Shown here: positions 10,252-20,668 of the stretch, piece by piece
How the letters are laid out: the number at the start of each line of letters is the position of its first letter
How positions within the stretch are numbered: position 1 is the first letter of the stretch
Source of the DNA: Acidimicrobiales bacterium
GTDB lineage: Bacteria > Actinomycetota > Acidimicrobiia > Acidimicrobiales > Bog-793
Direction of reading: 5' to 3'
DNA length: 64,000 bases
Assembly (NCBI GenBank): GCA_052146595.1
Contig: JBKQMT010000009.1
Location: 9,484 to 73,483, forward strand
Position numbers and translations under genes: made by a program
Notes under the pieces: generated by a model
Databases searched by the model: none
Told to the model about the DNA's origin: nothing
The model's input: only the letters and a program-made list of their open reading frames with translations

Positions 10252-11367
10252 ATGGAGCATCCAACGATCAGCGCGGTGCCCGCCGGGATGGAGGGCGTAA
10301 ACCTGTACACGCTCTCCAACCACAACGGGATGGTCGTCAAGATCTTCAACTACGGCGGGATCATCCAGTCGGTCTCGTTCCCCGACCGGCGCGGTAACTC
10401 CGCTGAGATCACGCTCGGCTTTTCGAGCCTGGCGGATTACAAGACCTACAACCCGGCGCCCGCCGCCGGAGACACGAGCGGTGCCGGCGTCTACTTCGGA
10501 GCGCTGATCGGCCGGTACGCCAACCGGATCGCCCGTGGCGAGCTCACGATCGGTGGGAGCAAGTACGAGGTGCCGGTCAACAACGGCCGCAACGCCTTGC
10601 ACGGTGGGACAGCCGGTTTCGATCAGAAGCTCTGGACGCCGGTGACCTCATCCGGGCCCGGCACGGTCTCGCTCCAGCTCAGCTACCTAAGCGAGGCCGG
10701 AGAGATGGGCTTTCCCGGCACGCTGACGACGGTAGTGACCTACACCCTCGACAACGAGAACGGGCTGACGCTCAGCTTCCTCGCCACGACCACAGCGGAC
10801 ACCGTGGTCAATCTCACCAACCACACCTACTGGAACCTGGCAGGCGAGGCCTCGGGCTCCGTCCTCGACCAGATGCTCCACATCAACGCCGACAGCTTCA
10901 CGCCAGTTGACACCGGCTTGATCCCGACCGGCGCCATAGAACCGGTGGCCGGAACTCCGTTCGACTTCGCGAGGCCGACTGCCATCGGTGAGAACATCAG
11001 GGGCGGACCGCAGTTCGCCGCCGCAGACAACGAGCAACTGCTCAGGTGCCAGGGTTACGACCTCAACTGGGTCCTCAACCAGACGAGCCCCCCGTCGCTC
11101 ATCCTCGCCGCACAGGCTTTCGACCCTTCGAGCGGGCGAAAGCTCACCATCTACACGACCCAGCCCGGTATCCAATTCTATTCTGGCAACTTCCTGGCCG
11201 GGACCCTGACGGGAACGAGCAGTCGCACCTACCGGCAGAGCGACGGCTTCGCTCTGGAGACCCAGCACTTCCCGGACTCCCCGAACCAGCCGGGCTTCCC
11301 CTCCACCGTGCTAAGTCCAGGGGAGACCTTCTCCGAGACGACGGTCTTCCGGCTGTCGAACAGCTGA
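10252..11367 (+). CDS. galM: Aldose 1-epimerase (galactose mutarotase)
   Basis: [52 protein letters not shown] and [16 protein letters not shown] are characteristic mutarotase blocks. Confidence 0.88.
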   Translation: MEHPTISAVPAGMEGVNLYTLSNHNGMVVKIFNYGGIIQSVSFPDRRGNSAEITLGFSSLADYKTYNPAPAAGDTSGAGVYFGALIGRYANRIARGELTIGGSKYEVPVNNGRNALHGGTAGFDQKLWTPVTSSGPGTVSLQLSYLSEAGEMGFPGTLTTVVTYTLDNENGLTLSFLATTTADTVVNLTNHTYWNLAGEASGSVLDQMLHINADSFTPVDTGLIPTGAIEPVAGTPFDFARPTAIGENIRGGPQFAAADNEQLLRCQGYDLNWVLNQTSPPSLILAAQAFDPSSGRKLTIYTTQPGIQFYSGNFLAGTLTGTSSRTYRQSDGFALETQHFPDSPNQPGFPSTVLSPGETFSETTVFRLSNS

Positions 11368-11457
11368 GCCGCCGGAGCCGCCCTGCGCAGAGCCTGCGGA
11401 GGCGGAATAGCCTCGGGACCGATCGGCAAATCCGCGTTCGTCCCTGCAAGGAGAGAG

Positions 11458-12528
11458 ATGGAATACCGTCAACTGGGAAACTCCGGACTGCTTGTCTCGA
11501 CCGTCACGCTCGGCACGATGGGCTTCGGCGGGACGGCCTGGGCGAGTCCCGTCGGCCACATCGACGTCGAGGGGGCGCGCAAACAGATCGGTCTGGCCCG
11601 CGACGCCGGCGTCAATCTGATCGACACCGCTGACGTCTACTCCTACGGGCTGTCCGAGGAGATCCTCGGCCAGGCTCTCGGCACCAGCCGCGACGAAGTG
11701 CTCATCGCGACCAAGGTGCGGTTCCCGCTGAGCGAGGACCCCAATGACGCCGGGTTGTCGCGCTACCACATCATCCGTTCCGCCGAGGCGAGCCTGCGCC
11801 GCCTGGGCACGGACCACATCGACCTTTACCAGGTGCACGGCTGGGACGGCCAGACTCCGCTCGAGGAGACCTTGGGCGCGCTGGACGAGCTGGTGCGCTC
11901 GGGCAAGGTGCGCTACATCGGAGCGTCAAACTTCTCCGCCTGGCACCTGATGAAGGCCTTGGCGGTCTCGGAGCGTACCGGCACGGAGCGCTTCGTCTCC
12001 CAGCAGATCTACTACTCGCTGCAGTCGCGCGACGCCGAGAGCGAGCTGGTGCCGGTGTCGATCGACCAGGGCCTCGGGATCCTCGTCTGGAGCCCGATCG
12101 CCGGCGGCCTGCTCTCGGGCAAGTACCGCCGCCACGGCGGGAATGCTGCCGAGGGCAGCCGGCACCTGAGCGGCGACTGGGACGAACCGCCGATCTACGA
12201 CGAGGACAAGCTCTACGACACCATCGAGGTGCTAGTCGAGATGGGCACGGCGCACGGCGTGTCGGCGGCCCGGATCGCACTCGCCTATCTCATCGCCAAG
12301 CCGGCCGTCACCTCGGTGATCGTCGGGGCGCGCACCACAGAGCAGCTCGCCGACGACCTTGCCTCTGCCGAGCTCGTGCTCGGCGACGAGGAGATGTCGC
12401 GACTCGACGAGGTGAGCGCGCAACCGCTGCGCTACCCCTACTGGCACCAGGCCAGGAACGCCTCCGAGCGGCTCAGCCCGGCCGATCTCAGCCTGCTCGG
12501 CCCCTATGTCAAGCAAGGCGCCGATTAA
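11458..12528 (+). CDS. Aldo/keto reductase
   Basis: MEYRQLGNSGLLVSTVTLGTMGFG, IDTADVYS, IDLYQVHGWD, GKVRYIGASNF are standard AKR motifs. Confidence 0.88.
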   Translation: MEYRQLGNSGLLVSTVTLGTMGFGGTAWASPVGHIDVEGARKQIGLARDAGVNLIDTADVYSYGLSEEILGQALGTSRDEVLIATKVRFPLSEDPNDAGLSRYHIIRSAEASLRRLGTDHIDLYQVHGWDGQTPLEETLGALDELVRSGKVRYIGASNFSAWHLMKALAVSERTGTERFVSQQIYYSLQSRDAESELVPVSIDQGLGILVWSPIAGGLLSGKYRRHGGNAAEGSRHLSGDWDEPPIYDEDKLYDTIEVLVEMGTAHGVSAARIALAYLIAKPAVTSVIVGARTTEQLADDLASAELVLGDEEMSRLDEVSAQPLRYPYWHQARNASERLSPADLSLLGPYVKQGAD

Positions 12529-12531
12529 CCG

Positions 12532-12560
12532 TTGACGAGCTCCCGAGCGTCTATTAAGTT
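12532..12560 (+). promoter_or_regulatory. Possible sigma-70-type promoter for xylA
   Basis: TTGACG (12532-12537), a 17-nt spacer, then TAAGTT (12555-12560), about 35 nt upstream of the xylA ATG. This is a pattern match only. Confidence 0.3.
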
Positions 12561-12593
12561 CAATCCATCAACGAAATGCTGAGGAGGTCCTCG

Positions 12594-13778
12594 ATGCCGG
12601 CACCGACCCGTGAAGATCGTTTCTCCTTTGGGCTATGGACAGTGGGCTGGCAAGCCCGGGACACCTTCGGGGACGCCACGCGAGAGCCACTCGACGCCGT
12701 CGAAGCCGTCTCCCGCCTCGCCGAGCTGGGCGCCTACGGCGTCACGTTCCACGACGACGACCTCATCCCCTTCGGTTCGGACGACACCGAGCGCGTACGG
12801 CGGATCAAGCGCTTCCGCGAGGCTCTGGACGCGACCGGCCTCGTCGTGCCGATGATGACCACGAACCTGTTCTCTCATCCGGTGTTCAAAGACGGCGCCT
12901 TCACGAGCAACGACCGCGGCGTCCGCCGCTACGCGATACGCAAGGTCATGCGCAATCTCGACCTCGCCGCCGAGCTCGGAGCGAGGACGTACGTGTTCTG
13001 GGGCGGGCGCGAGGGCTCCGAGACCGACGCGGCAAAAGACGTACGGGCGGCTCTGGAGCGCTACCGGGAGGCGATCGAGCTCCTCGCCCGCTACGTCACA
13101 GACCGCGGCTACCACATCCGCTTCGCCATCGAGCCGAAGCCGAACGAGCCCCGCGGCGACATCTTGCTGCCCACCGTCGGCAGCGCCCTCGCATTCATCT
13201 CGACCCTCGAATGCCAGGAAATGGTCGGGGTGAACCCCGAGGTCGGCCACGAGCAGATGGCCGGGATGAACTTCGTTCACTCCATCTCGCAGGCCCTCTG
13301 GCACGGGAAGCTCTTCCACATCGACCTCAACGGTCAGCACGGGGCGAAGTTCGACCAGGACCTGGTGTTCGGTCACGGCGACCTGCTGAGCGCCTTTTTC
13401 CTCGTCGACCTCCTCGAGAACGGAGGACCGGGCGGTGGGCCTGCCTATGACGGTCCCCGGCATTTCGACTACAAGCCCTTCAGGACCGAGGATGCGGCCG
13501 GGGTCTGGGTCTCGGCGGTATCCAACATGGCGACTTACCTGCTGCTGAAGGAGCGGGCGGCAGCCTTCCGCGCCGATCCCGAGGTGCAGGAGGCTCTGCG
13601 GGCGAGCCAGGTCGGAGATCTCAGCACCCCCACCCTCGGTGGGGCCGAATCGTATCTCGATCTCCTCGCCGACAGGTCCGCCTTCGAGGAGTACGACCTC
13701 AAGAGCGTGGCCACGCACGGGTTCGGTTTCGCCCACCTCGACCAGCTCGCCGTCGAGCATGTCCTCGGCGCCCGCTGA
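12594..13778 (+). CDS. xylA: Xylose isomerase (actinobacterial short type)
   Basis: [27 protein letters not shown] closely matches the Streptomyces-type XylA N-terminus. FHDDDLIPF and [18 protein letters not shown] are also present. ATG 12594 has GAGGAGG 7 nt upstream. Confidence 0.93.
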   Translation: MPAPTREDRFSFGLWTVGWQARDTFGDATREPLDAVEAVSRLAELGAYGVTFHDDDLIPFGSDDTERVRRIKRFREALDATGLVVPMMTTNLFSHPVFKDGAFTSNDRGVRRYAIRKVMRNLDLAAELGARTYVFWGGREGSETDAAKDVRAALERYREAIELLARYVTDRGYHIRFAIEPKPNEPRGDILLPTVGSALAFISTLECQEMVGVNPEVGHEQMAGMNFVHSISQALWHGKLFHIDLNGQHGAKFDQDLVFGHGDLLSAFFLVDLLENGGPGGGPAYDGPRHFDYKPFRTEDAAGVWVSAVSNMATYLLLKERAAAFRADPEVQEALRASQVGDLSTPTLGGAESYLDLLADRSAFEEYDLKSVATHGFGFAHLDQLAVEHVLGAR

Positions 13779-13841
13779 CGCGGCCGGCCGCGACACCGGC
13801 TTCCCGCCCGGCCTAGGCCGGCCCCAGCACTGGCCCGTCCC

Positions 13842-15263
13842 ATGACGCTCGTGGCCGGGCTGGACTCGTCCACCCAGTCGTGCAAGGTCGTCGTCCGCGA
13901 CGCCGAGACGGGCGCGCTGGTACGCAACGGCTGGGCACCCCATCCCGACGCGACCGAGGTCGATCCCGAATGCTGGTGGGAAGCGGTCCAAAAGGCCGTC
14001 GAAGCCGCGGGAGGCCTCGACGACGTCGCTGCGGTCTCGGTCGGCGCCCAGCAGCATGGCATGGTCTGCCTGGACGGGGCCGGCAAGGTCGTGCGCCCCG
14101 CCCTGCTGTGGAACGACCTGCGCTCGGGCTCGGCAGCCGAGGCCCTCGTCGCGGAGCTCGGCGCCGAGGGCTGGGCGAACGCCATCGGGAGCGTCCCCGT
14201 GGCGTCGTTCACCATCAGCAAGCTCCGTTGGCTCGCCGAGCACGAGCCGGACAACGCCGCCCGGACCGAGGCCGTCTGCCTCCCCCATGACTGGCTCACA
14301 TGGAGGCTGCTCGGCTCGATGCTCGGGCACGGCGAGACGATCGAGTCGCTCGCCACCGACCGCAGCGACGCCAGCGGGACGGGTTACTGGTCCTCTATCA
14401 CCGACGACTACCGGTTCGACCTGATGGAGCTCGCCTTGGGGCGCGTGGTCGGGGTCCCGCGCGTCCTCGGTCCTTCCGAGAGCCCCGGACAGGGCGGGCC
14501 CGTCGTCTTCGGGCCCGGGGCCGGTGACAATGCCGCCGCTGCACTCGTGCTCGGACCGACCTCGGGCGACGTCATCGTCTCGGTCGGGACCTCCGGCGTC
14601 GTGTCGGCCAGCTGCGAGGTCCTCATGCCGGACAGCTCGGGGACCGTGGCAGGCTTCGCCGACGCCACTGGGCAGTACCTGCCGCTCGTGTGCACGATCA
14701 ACGCCGCCCGCGTCCTCGAGGCGGTCGCCCGCATCCTCGGCGTGGACCAACAGGGTCTCTCCGAGCTGGCCCTGTCGGCTCCACCGGGCGCGGACGGGCT
14801 GGTGCTGCTCCCCTACTTCGAAGGAGAGCGCACCCCCAACCTCCCCGAGGCGACCGGTGAGCTGCACGGCCTGCGGCATAAGACGGCGACTCCCGCCCAC
14901 CTCGCCCGCGCCGCCGTCGAGGGCTTGCTGTGCGGCCTCGCCGACGCCATCGAGGCCGTCGAGGCCCGCGGGGTCAAGCCCGAGCGTGTCCACCTGATCG
15001 GGGGAGGCAGCCGCTCCGAGGCCCTGCGGCGGATCGCCCCGACGATCTTCGGTCGTCCCGTGCTCGTGCCCCCGCCGGGCGAGTACGTCGCCGACGGGGC
15101 CGCCTTTCAAGCCCGCTGGGTGCTCGATCCTGACCACAAGCCCCCGCCTTGGCCCTCGGACGGCGAGCAGCGCTTCGACGCCGAGCCGGTGCCCGAGGTC
15201 CGGACTCGGTACGCGGAGGTCCGTGACGAGTACATCGCGGGTGCGCGCCTGGACAAGAGCTAG
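13842..15263 (+). CDS. xylB: Xylulokinase (FGGY family)
   Basis: [37 protein letters not shown] and [21 protein letters not shown] are FGGY kinase blocks. It lies immediately downstream of xylA. Confidence 0.88.
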   Translation: MTLVAGLDSSTQSCKVVVRDAETGALVRNGWAPHPDATEVDPECWWEAVQKAVEAAGGLDDVAAVSVGAQQHGMVCLDGAGKVVRPALLWNDLRSGSAAEALVAELGAEGWANAIGSVPVASFTISKLRWLAEHEPDNAARTEAVCLPHDWLTWRLLGSMLGHGETIESLATDRSDASGTGYWSSITDDYRFDLMELALGRVVGVPRVLGPSESPGQGGPVVFGPGAGDNAAAALVLGPTSGDVIVSVGTSGVVSASCEVLMPDSSGTVAGFADATGQYLPLVCTINAARVLEAVARILGVDQQGLSELALSAPPGADGLVLLPYFEGERTPNLPEATGELHGLRHKTATPAHLARAAVEGLLCGLADAIEAVEARGVKPERVHLIGGGSRSEALRRIAPTIFGRPVLVPPPGEYVADGAAFQARWVLDPDHKPPPWPSDGEQRFDAEPVPEVRTRYAEVRDEYIAGARLDKS

Positions 15264-15268
15264 CCCCC

Positions 15269-16552
15269 ATGGCCGGCGGCACCTTTGACTTTGCCCGAAT
15301 GCCGAGCCAGGCGGGACGCTCGATTCCCGGCGTGCCAGCTCGCCAGCAGCTGCTGAAACGGCACAACCTCGCTCTCGTGCTCCGCCAGATCGCGGCGTCG
15401 CGGAAACTGTCCCGTGCGCAGCTGGCTTCGCGCACCGGGCTCACGAAGGCGACGGTGTCGACACTGGTGGACGCCCTGATGGACGCCGGGCTCGTCGTCG
15501 AGCGCGACCCGGAACGAGGCCTCATCGGCCGGCCGGGCAGCCCGCTCAGCCTGAACCCGCAGGGGCCTGCCGGCCTTGGCATAGAGATCAACGTCGACTA
15601 CGTCTCGTCCTGCGTCGTCGACCTCACCGGCGCCGTTCGTTGCCGACGGACGATCGCCGGCGACAATCGGCTGCTTCGGCCCGAGGTCGTGCTGCGAAGG
15701 GCGGTTCGTGCCGCAAGTCGCATCTGGACCGAGGCCGAGGCCGCCGGGCTCACCATCTCGGGCCTCGGCGTCGGCGTACCGGGACTGGTCGACTTCGACG
15801 GCGTGCTCCACCGGGCCCCCAACTTGCTGGAATGGGAGGGCATCTCGGTGGCCGATCTCGTCGGTGAGATGCTCGGCCGGCCCTTGTTATCGGTGTATTG
15901 CGACAACGAGGCCAATCTCGCCGCTCTCGGCGAGCACTGGTTCGGTCGCAGGTGCGAGCTGCAGGATTTCGTCTTCGTGTCGAGTGAGATCGGCGTCGGA
16001 GCGGGGATAGTCATCGGTGGCGAGCTGTTTCGTGGCGTCCGGGGTCTCGGGGGCGAGCTCGGTCATGTCAGCGTCGAGCCGATGGGACCTGCGTGCAGCT
16101 GCGGCGGCCGCGGCTGCCTCGAGACGGTGGCCGGTCAAGAGGCGCTGCTCGAGTCCGTGGGCCTGCCGGTGAGGGCGGCGACCACCATCGGCCATCCCGC
16201 CGGATCGGTGACGGAGCTCCTGCGGCGTGCGCTCGCAGGCGAGCCAGCTACGGTTCGCGCGCTGGAGAAGGCGGGCACGGCGCTCGGGATCGCCCTATCT
16301 GCGTTTCTCAACGTCTTGGACCTTCCAGCTGTGGTCCTGGGCGGCTTTTACGCACAGTTCGCGCCCTTCCTGATCGGTCCGGTGACTGCCGAGCTGCACG
16401 ATCGCGTCGTGAACCATTCCTGGTCGTCCACCGAGGTCGTCGTGTCCTCGCTCGGCGCCGAGGCCTCGGTCAGAGGGGCGGCGGGCATTACGATAAGGCG
16501 GATCATCGACGACCCCGCTGCCTGGTTCCCGGAGGTCCTGGCAAGGTCCTGA
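15269..16552 (+). CDS. ROK-family transcriptional regulator (XylR/NagC-like)
   Basis: N-terminal winged HTH (RKLSRAQLASRTGLTKATVSTLVDAL). ROK sugar-kinase-like fold with the zinc motif GHVSVEPMGPACSCGGRGCLE. Confidence 0.85.
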   Translation: MAGGTFDFARMPSQAGRSIPGVPARQQLLKRHNLALVLRQIAASRKLSRAQLASRTGLTKATVSTLVDALMDAGLVVERDPERGLIGRPGSPLSLNPQGPAGLGIEINVDYVSSCVVDLTGAVRCRRTIAGDNRLLRPEVVLRRAVRAASRIWTEAEAAGLTISGLGVGVPGLVDFDGVLHRAPNLLEWEGISVADLVGEMLGRPLLSVYCDNEANLAALGEHWFGRRCELQDFVFVSSEIGVGAGIVIGGELFRGVRGLGGELGHVSVEPMGPACSCGGRGCLETVAGQEALLESVGLPVRAATTIGHPAGSVTELLRRALAGEPATVRALEKAGTALGIALSAFLNVLDLPAVVLGGFYAQFAPFLIGPVTAELHDRVVNHSWSSTEVVVSSLGAEASVRGAAGITIRRIIDDPAAWFPEVLARS

Positions 16553-16586
16553 GCCCTGGCCAGCGGCCGTTCGGCCTGGCCCGTTC

Positions 16587-17624
16587 TCAGCTGGTCCGGT
16601 ACGAGCCGTACCGCTTTGCCGATTCGACGAGGGCATGGATGTTCTCGGCCGGGGTGGTCGGCGCCATGGCGCAGCCCGGGCCAAGGATGAACCCTCCCCC
16701 AGGCTTGCAAACGTCGATCAGCTCGTGGCAGGCCGCTTCCACCTCTCCGGCCGACCCCAGGGCGAGCACGCCGGTGTCGACATTGCCTAGCAGGCACGTG
16801 GTCCCGAGTGCTGCGGCCTTCAGGCGGGCGGCGTCGGTCTTGTGGTCGATCTCGAGCACCTGAGCACCGGTCGCGAGGAAGTCGTCCGTGATCGGCCCGG
16901 TGTCCCCGCAGATGTGCAGGTGCAAGATGATGCCGTGCTCCTTGAGCTCGGTCACCATCTTGCGCTCGTGGATCCAGGGATAGCAGCGGTAGTGCCTCGG
17001 CGAGATCATTGCCGGCCCCGCCATCGGCTCACCGATGGAGGTGGAACGGCCGCCGCAGTCGATCAAGGCATAGGCATAGCGCGTGGCGACGCGCCTCGAA
17101 TAGTCGAGAAGAGCGTGGATCAGGTCCTCCTCTTCGCCCGCACCCAGGTCCATCATGAACTCGCTCATGCCGCGGAGCTGGGCGGCCAGGTCCATCGGCC
17201 CCTGGTCTGCACGGGCGCAGATCCAGGCTTTGTCACCTATCTCGCGGGCGAGGATGCGGGTCGCCTTCAAGATCTCCGACATGGGGAAGGTGGCATAAGG
17301 ATCCGGCACCTCGAGATCGGCCACTTGGGCCAGGGACTCAAGGAGGGGCCCGGCGGCTACCGGTGCCGTGTCGTCGCGATAGTGCACCTGGGCGCCGCAC
17401 GCCTGGGCGTTGCAAGCGGTGCCGTTCTCCAAGAGGATCATGTCGTGCCCGAACTCGCGCCAGGCCACGAGCATGGCCTCGGCGAGCAGCTCCCCGTCAC
17501 GAAAGACCTCTGACATGGGCAGGCCCGAAGCGCGGGCGGCGACCTGGAAGTCGTGCAGGTCCACCGGCACCCGGTCCGGCTCGCGCAGGTCGATGACAGC
17601 CCCCACCCGTTCGATCGAGTTCAC
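16587..17624 (-). CDS. Uroporphyrinogen-decarboxylase (URO-D) superfamily protein, paralog 2
   Basis: Track ORF 16587..17834. The likely start is GTG 17624, overlapping the upstream stop (GTGA). About 345 aa, the usual URO-D/MT2 size. Contains LHLHICGDTGP and GGGFILGPGCAMAP blocks. Confidence 0.7.
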   Translation of the reverse strand: MNSIERVGAVIDLREPDRVPVDLHDFQVAARASGLPMSEVFRDGELLAEAMLVAWREFGHDMILLENGTACNAQACGAQVHYRDDTAPVAAGPLLESLAQVADLEVPDPYATFPMSEILKATRILAREIGDKAWICARADQGPMDLAAQLRGMSEFMMDLGAGEEEDLIHALLDYSRRVATRYAYALIDCGGRSTSIGEPMAGPAMISPRHYRCYPWIHERKMVTELKEHGIILHLHICGDTGPITDDFLATGAQVLEIDHKTDAARLKAAALGTTCLLGNVDTGVLALGSAGEVEAACHELIDVCKPGGGFILGPGCAMAPTTPAENIHALVESAKRYGSYRTS

Positions 17625-18751
17625 GTCGCCACCACGCGGGCACGGCCGGTGACCGCCTCGACCATCGCCCAGAAATTCTCGAGCGGCGTGTCGAGCTGCA
17701 GGTGATGGGTGGGCGCGAGGATGAAGCCGCCACCGTCCCCGAGCGTCGCGATCCGGTCCAGAACCTCTTGGCGGACCTCGGCGGGGGTGCCGAAGGGCAA
17801 GGTGTGCTGCTCGTCCATCGAACCCCAGAAACAAAGCTCCTTGCCGTACTCGCGCTTCAGCCGGGCAGGGTCCATGGCGGCGGGCTGGACCGGGTTGAGG
17901 ACGTCGATCCCGATCTCGATCAGCTCGGGGATGACGGCGTAGACGCAGCCATCGGTGTGGTAAGCGATCTTCAGGTCCGCGTTGATGGCCTTGAGGCGCT
18001 CGATGATGACCGCCATCTTCGGCTTCAGGAAGCGCCGCCAGTGGCGGGGCGAGATGAGCATGCCCCGCTGCTGGCCGACATCGTCGCCGAGCCAGATCAT
18101 GTCCACGCCCATGCGGACGAGTCTCTCGGCCACGGCGAGGTGGTAGCGGTAGGGGATCTCGAGGATGGCGTCGGCCAGATCAGGGTCTTCTATGAAGTCG
18201 GTGAGCAGCTGCTCCAGCCCCCGCAACGCCCACGCCGTCTCGAAGATCGTGGTGACGGTGGACCCGACGATGAAGTACTCGGCCCCGAGCTGTGCGAGAA
18301 GCCTCTCGGCGTCGCTGTAGAGCTCCGGCCGGTCGGGATCGGGCGGCTTGTAGCCTGCGATGGTGTCGGCGTCGGCGTCGGCGAGGGGATGCCCGCGCGG
18401 CTCGGTGTAGTGACCCGCGCCAAAGGGCGTCTTGTAGGACACCGACTGCCAGCCCACCCCCCACTCGTCGACGTACTGGCTGCCCTCGCCGTAGTAGGAG
18501 TTCGCCCAGCCCACCGAGGTGATGAGGAGATCCTGTTCCAGGCCGATCTCGAGGTCGTACGGATTGCCGGCGCCATGCGGATTGTGGGCGCCGGGCACCG
18601 CTGAAAGGCTCAGGTCCGCGCGGAGCCGGTCGGCGAACTCGGGTGTGAAGCTGGCCTGCCACGGGCAGCGCTCGGGCATCTCGTGATCCAACGCCGCGCG
18701 CACCCGCTCGCGATGCACGCTCGGCGCGCCCCCCGATCCGTCAAGGGTCAC
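17621..18751 (-). CDS. Uroporphyrinogen-decarboxylase (URO-D) superfamily protein, paralog 1
   Basis: 376 aa. The blocks DMIWLGDDVGQQRGMLISP, IAYHTDGCVYAVIPELIEIGIDVLNPVQ and GGGFILAPTHHLQLDTP resemble URO-D-like proteins found in carbohydrate loci. The family call comes from motif memory, not a search. Confidence 0.65.
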   Translation of the reverse strand: MTLDGSGGAPSVHRERVRAALDHEMPERCPWQASFTPEFADRLRADLSLSAVPGAHNPHGAGNPYDLEIGLEQDLLITSVGWANSYYGEGSQYVDEWGVGWQSVSYKTPFGAGHYTEPRGHPLADADADTIAGYKPPDPDRPELYSDAERLLAQLGAEYFIVGSTVTTIFETAWALRGLEQLLTDFIEDPDLADAILEIPYRYHLAVAERLVRMGVDMIWLGDDVGQQRGMLISPRHWRRFLKPKMAVIIERLKAINADLKIAYHTDGCVYAVIPELIEIGIDVLNPVQPAAMDPARLKREYGKELCFWGSMDEQHTLPFGTPAEVRQEVLDRIATLGDGGGFILAPTHHLQLDTPLENFWAMVEAVTGRARVVAT

Positions 18752-18766
18752 TAAAGCACCGGGGCA

Positions 18767-20461
18767 TCACGTAGGAGATGCCAGCACGCCGAGGCGGATC
18801 TTCTTCAGCTCGTGCAGCCACTCGACGTGGGTCCGGCCGAGCTCGTCGTGCAGCGAAGCGAAGACGGAGTAGATCTCGTCGTAGGTGGCGTGGTCTTGCG
18901 ACGACGGCTCGTAGCGACGCGACACCGCCGGCCTGAGGTCGCCGACCGCCGTCGCGAACTCGTCGTAGCCGCCCCGCAGGGAGCCTGCCGCGAGCGCTCC
19001 GCACAGGGCGGCGCCGCGGGCGGGGATCTGGCTCGAGTAGGGGATGGCGACCGGCAGCCCGGTCACGTCCGCGAGCAGCTGCATCATGAGAGCGCTCCGC
19101 TCGGCGATCCCGCCGCAGGCGACGATCCCGTCGATGGCGACGCCGTGATCGACGAAGTTCTCGATGATCCGCCGTGTCCCGAAGGCGACGGACTCGAGCA
19201 ACGCCCGGTAGATCTCTGCCGGCGTCGTCGCGAGCGTGAGGCCGGCTATGACCCCGGACAGGTCGGCGTCGCCGAGGATCGTGCGGTTGCCGTTCCACCA
19301 GTCGAGAGCCACGAGCCCGCTCGCGCCAGGGGCGATCTTGGCCGCCGCCCGTTCGAACTCCTCGTACCAGCTCGCTCCGGTGCCCGAGGTGCCGCTTTGC
19401 AGACCGAGGAGCCGACCTCCGAACCACGCGAACATGTCGCCCACGGCTGCCTGTCCGGCTTCGTAGCCGAAGTACCCGGGAAGGATGCCGTCCTCCACGA
19501 CGCCGGTGATCCCCGGCATCCGGATCTCCTGCCGGTCGATGACCAGGTCGCAGATGGAGGTGCCCACGACCATCAAGAACACGCCAGGATCCTGGACACC
19601 GGCTCCGGGGACGGACACGAACGAGTCGACGTTGCCGACCGCCACGGCCACAGACGTGCTCAGGCCGAGGCGGGCCGCCACTTCGGTCCCAAGCGTTCCC
19701 GCGCGGTGGCCCGGGGCGAAGAAGGTGGTCCCCAGTTTCTCGCTCGGGTCGGGGAAGCCGGGATAGGCGGCCTCGAAAAAGGCGCGCGACGGCAGCCCTT
19801 CGCTCGCCGACCAACACGCCTTGTAGCCCGCCGAGCAGCTGGCGCGCACGAGCGAGCCGGTGAGCTGCCACACGATCCAGTCCGTCGCCTCGACGAAGGC
19901 GCTCATGGCGTCGTAGACGGCGCGGTCTTTCTGCCAGATCTCGATGAGCTTCGGGAAGTACCACTCGGAGGAGAGTCGCCCTCCGTAACGGGCGAGGAAG
20001 CTCTCGCCGCGTTCGACCGCGACCGCGTTCAGGCGGTCCGCGACCGGCTGGGCGGAGTGATGCTTCCAGAGCTTGACCCAGGCGTGGGGGCGATCTCTCC
20101 ACTCCTCGAGCTGGCAAAGCGGCGTCCCGTCCTCTGTCACCGGCAACGCTGTGCAGCTGGTGAAGTCGACGCCGATGCCGATCACCTCTTCCGCCACGAC
20201 ATTGCCGGCTGCGAGCGCCTCGGGAATCCCGCTGTAGAGGACCTCGAGGTAGTCGCCCGGGTCTTGCAGAGCCGTGTCGGGCGGAAGCTCCTCGCCGCTC
20301 GAGGGGAGCCTCTGATCGATGACGCCGTTCCGGTAGCGGACTTCCGCGACGGCGAGCTCCTCACCGGTGCTTACGTCGAGGAGGAGCACACGGCCAGACT
20401 CGGTCCCGAAGTCGACACCGATCGTCACCCGCCGGCCGCCCGGCGAGGCGGGCAGGCTCAC
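18767..20461 (-). CDS. araB: Ribulokinase (FGGY family)
   Basis: IGVDFGTESGRVLLLD, GIGVDFTSCT, SSEWYFPKL, CSAGYKACW, VVGTSICD, GYEAGQAAVGDMFAWF and LDWWNGNRT are collinear with AraB as I recall it. Confidence 0.88.
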   Translation of the reverse strand: MSLPASPGGRRVTIGVDFGTESGRVLLLDVSTGEELAVAEVRYRNGVIDQRLPSSGEELPPDTALQDPGDYLEVLYSGIPEALAAGNVVAEEVIGIGVDFTSCTALPVTEDGTPLCQLEEWRDRPHAWVKLWKHHSAQPVADRLNAVAVERGESFLARYGGRLSSEWYFPKLIEIWQKDRAVYDAMSAFVEATDWIVWQLTGSLVRASCSAGYKACWSASEGLPSRAFFEAAYPGFPDPSEKLGTTFFAPGHRAGTLGTEVAARLGLSTSVAVAVGNVDSFVSVPGAGVQDPGVFLMVVGTSICDLVIDRQEIRMPGITGVVEDGILPGYFGYEAGQAAVGDMFAWFGGRLLGLQSGTSGTGASWYEEFERAAAKIAPGASGLVALDWWNGNRTILGDADLSGVIAGLTLATTPAEIYRALLESVAFGTRRIIENFVDHGVAIDGIVACGGIAERSALMMQLLADVTGLPVAIPYSSQIPARGAALCGALAAGSLRGGYDEFATAVGDLRPAVSRRYEPSSQDHATYDEIYSVFASLHDELGRTHVEWLHELKKIRLGVLASPT

Positions 20462-20668
20462 GCCGCAGCCGCCGCTGTGCGGCGCCCCGGGGTTCGCCCA
20501 GCTTTCGCAGGGATCTCAGGCTTCGCAAGGGCGCAGCACGCTAACGCAAAGGGGGTCATGGCGTCATTATGCCGCTTCGCCGTTGCGCCGCGCCTATGCG
20601 CTCTTCGAGGTGACGGCGCCGGCGCCGCGCAGCCAGTGCCAGCCCTTCGCCACCCGGCGACCGTGGCG

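Noticed and set aside
12633-15137. 834-aa minus-strand ORF spanning xylA and xylB
   Set aside because: It is antisense to two genes with unmistakable XylA/XylB motifs and crosses their intergenic region. Its composition is R/G/A/P-biased and it has no recognisable domains.
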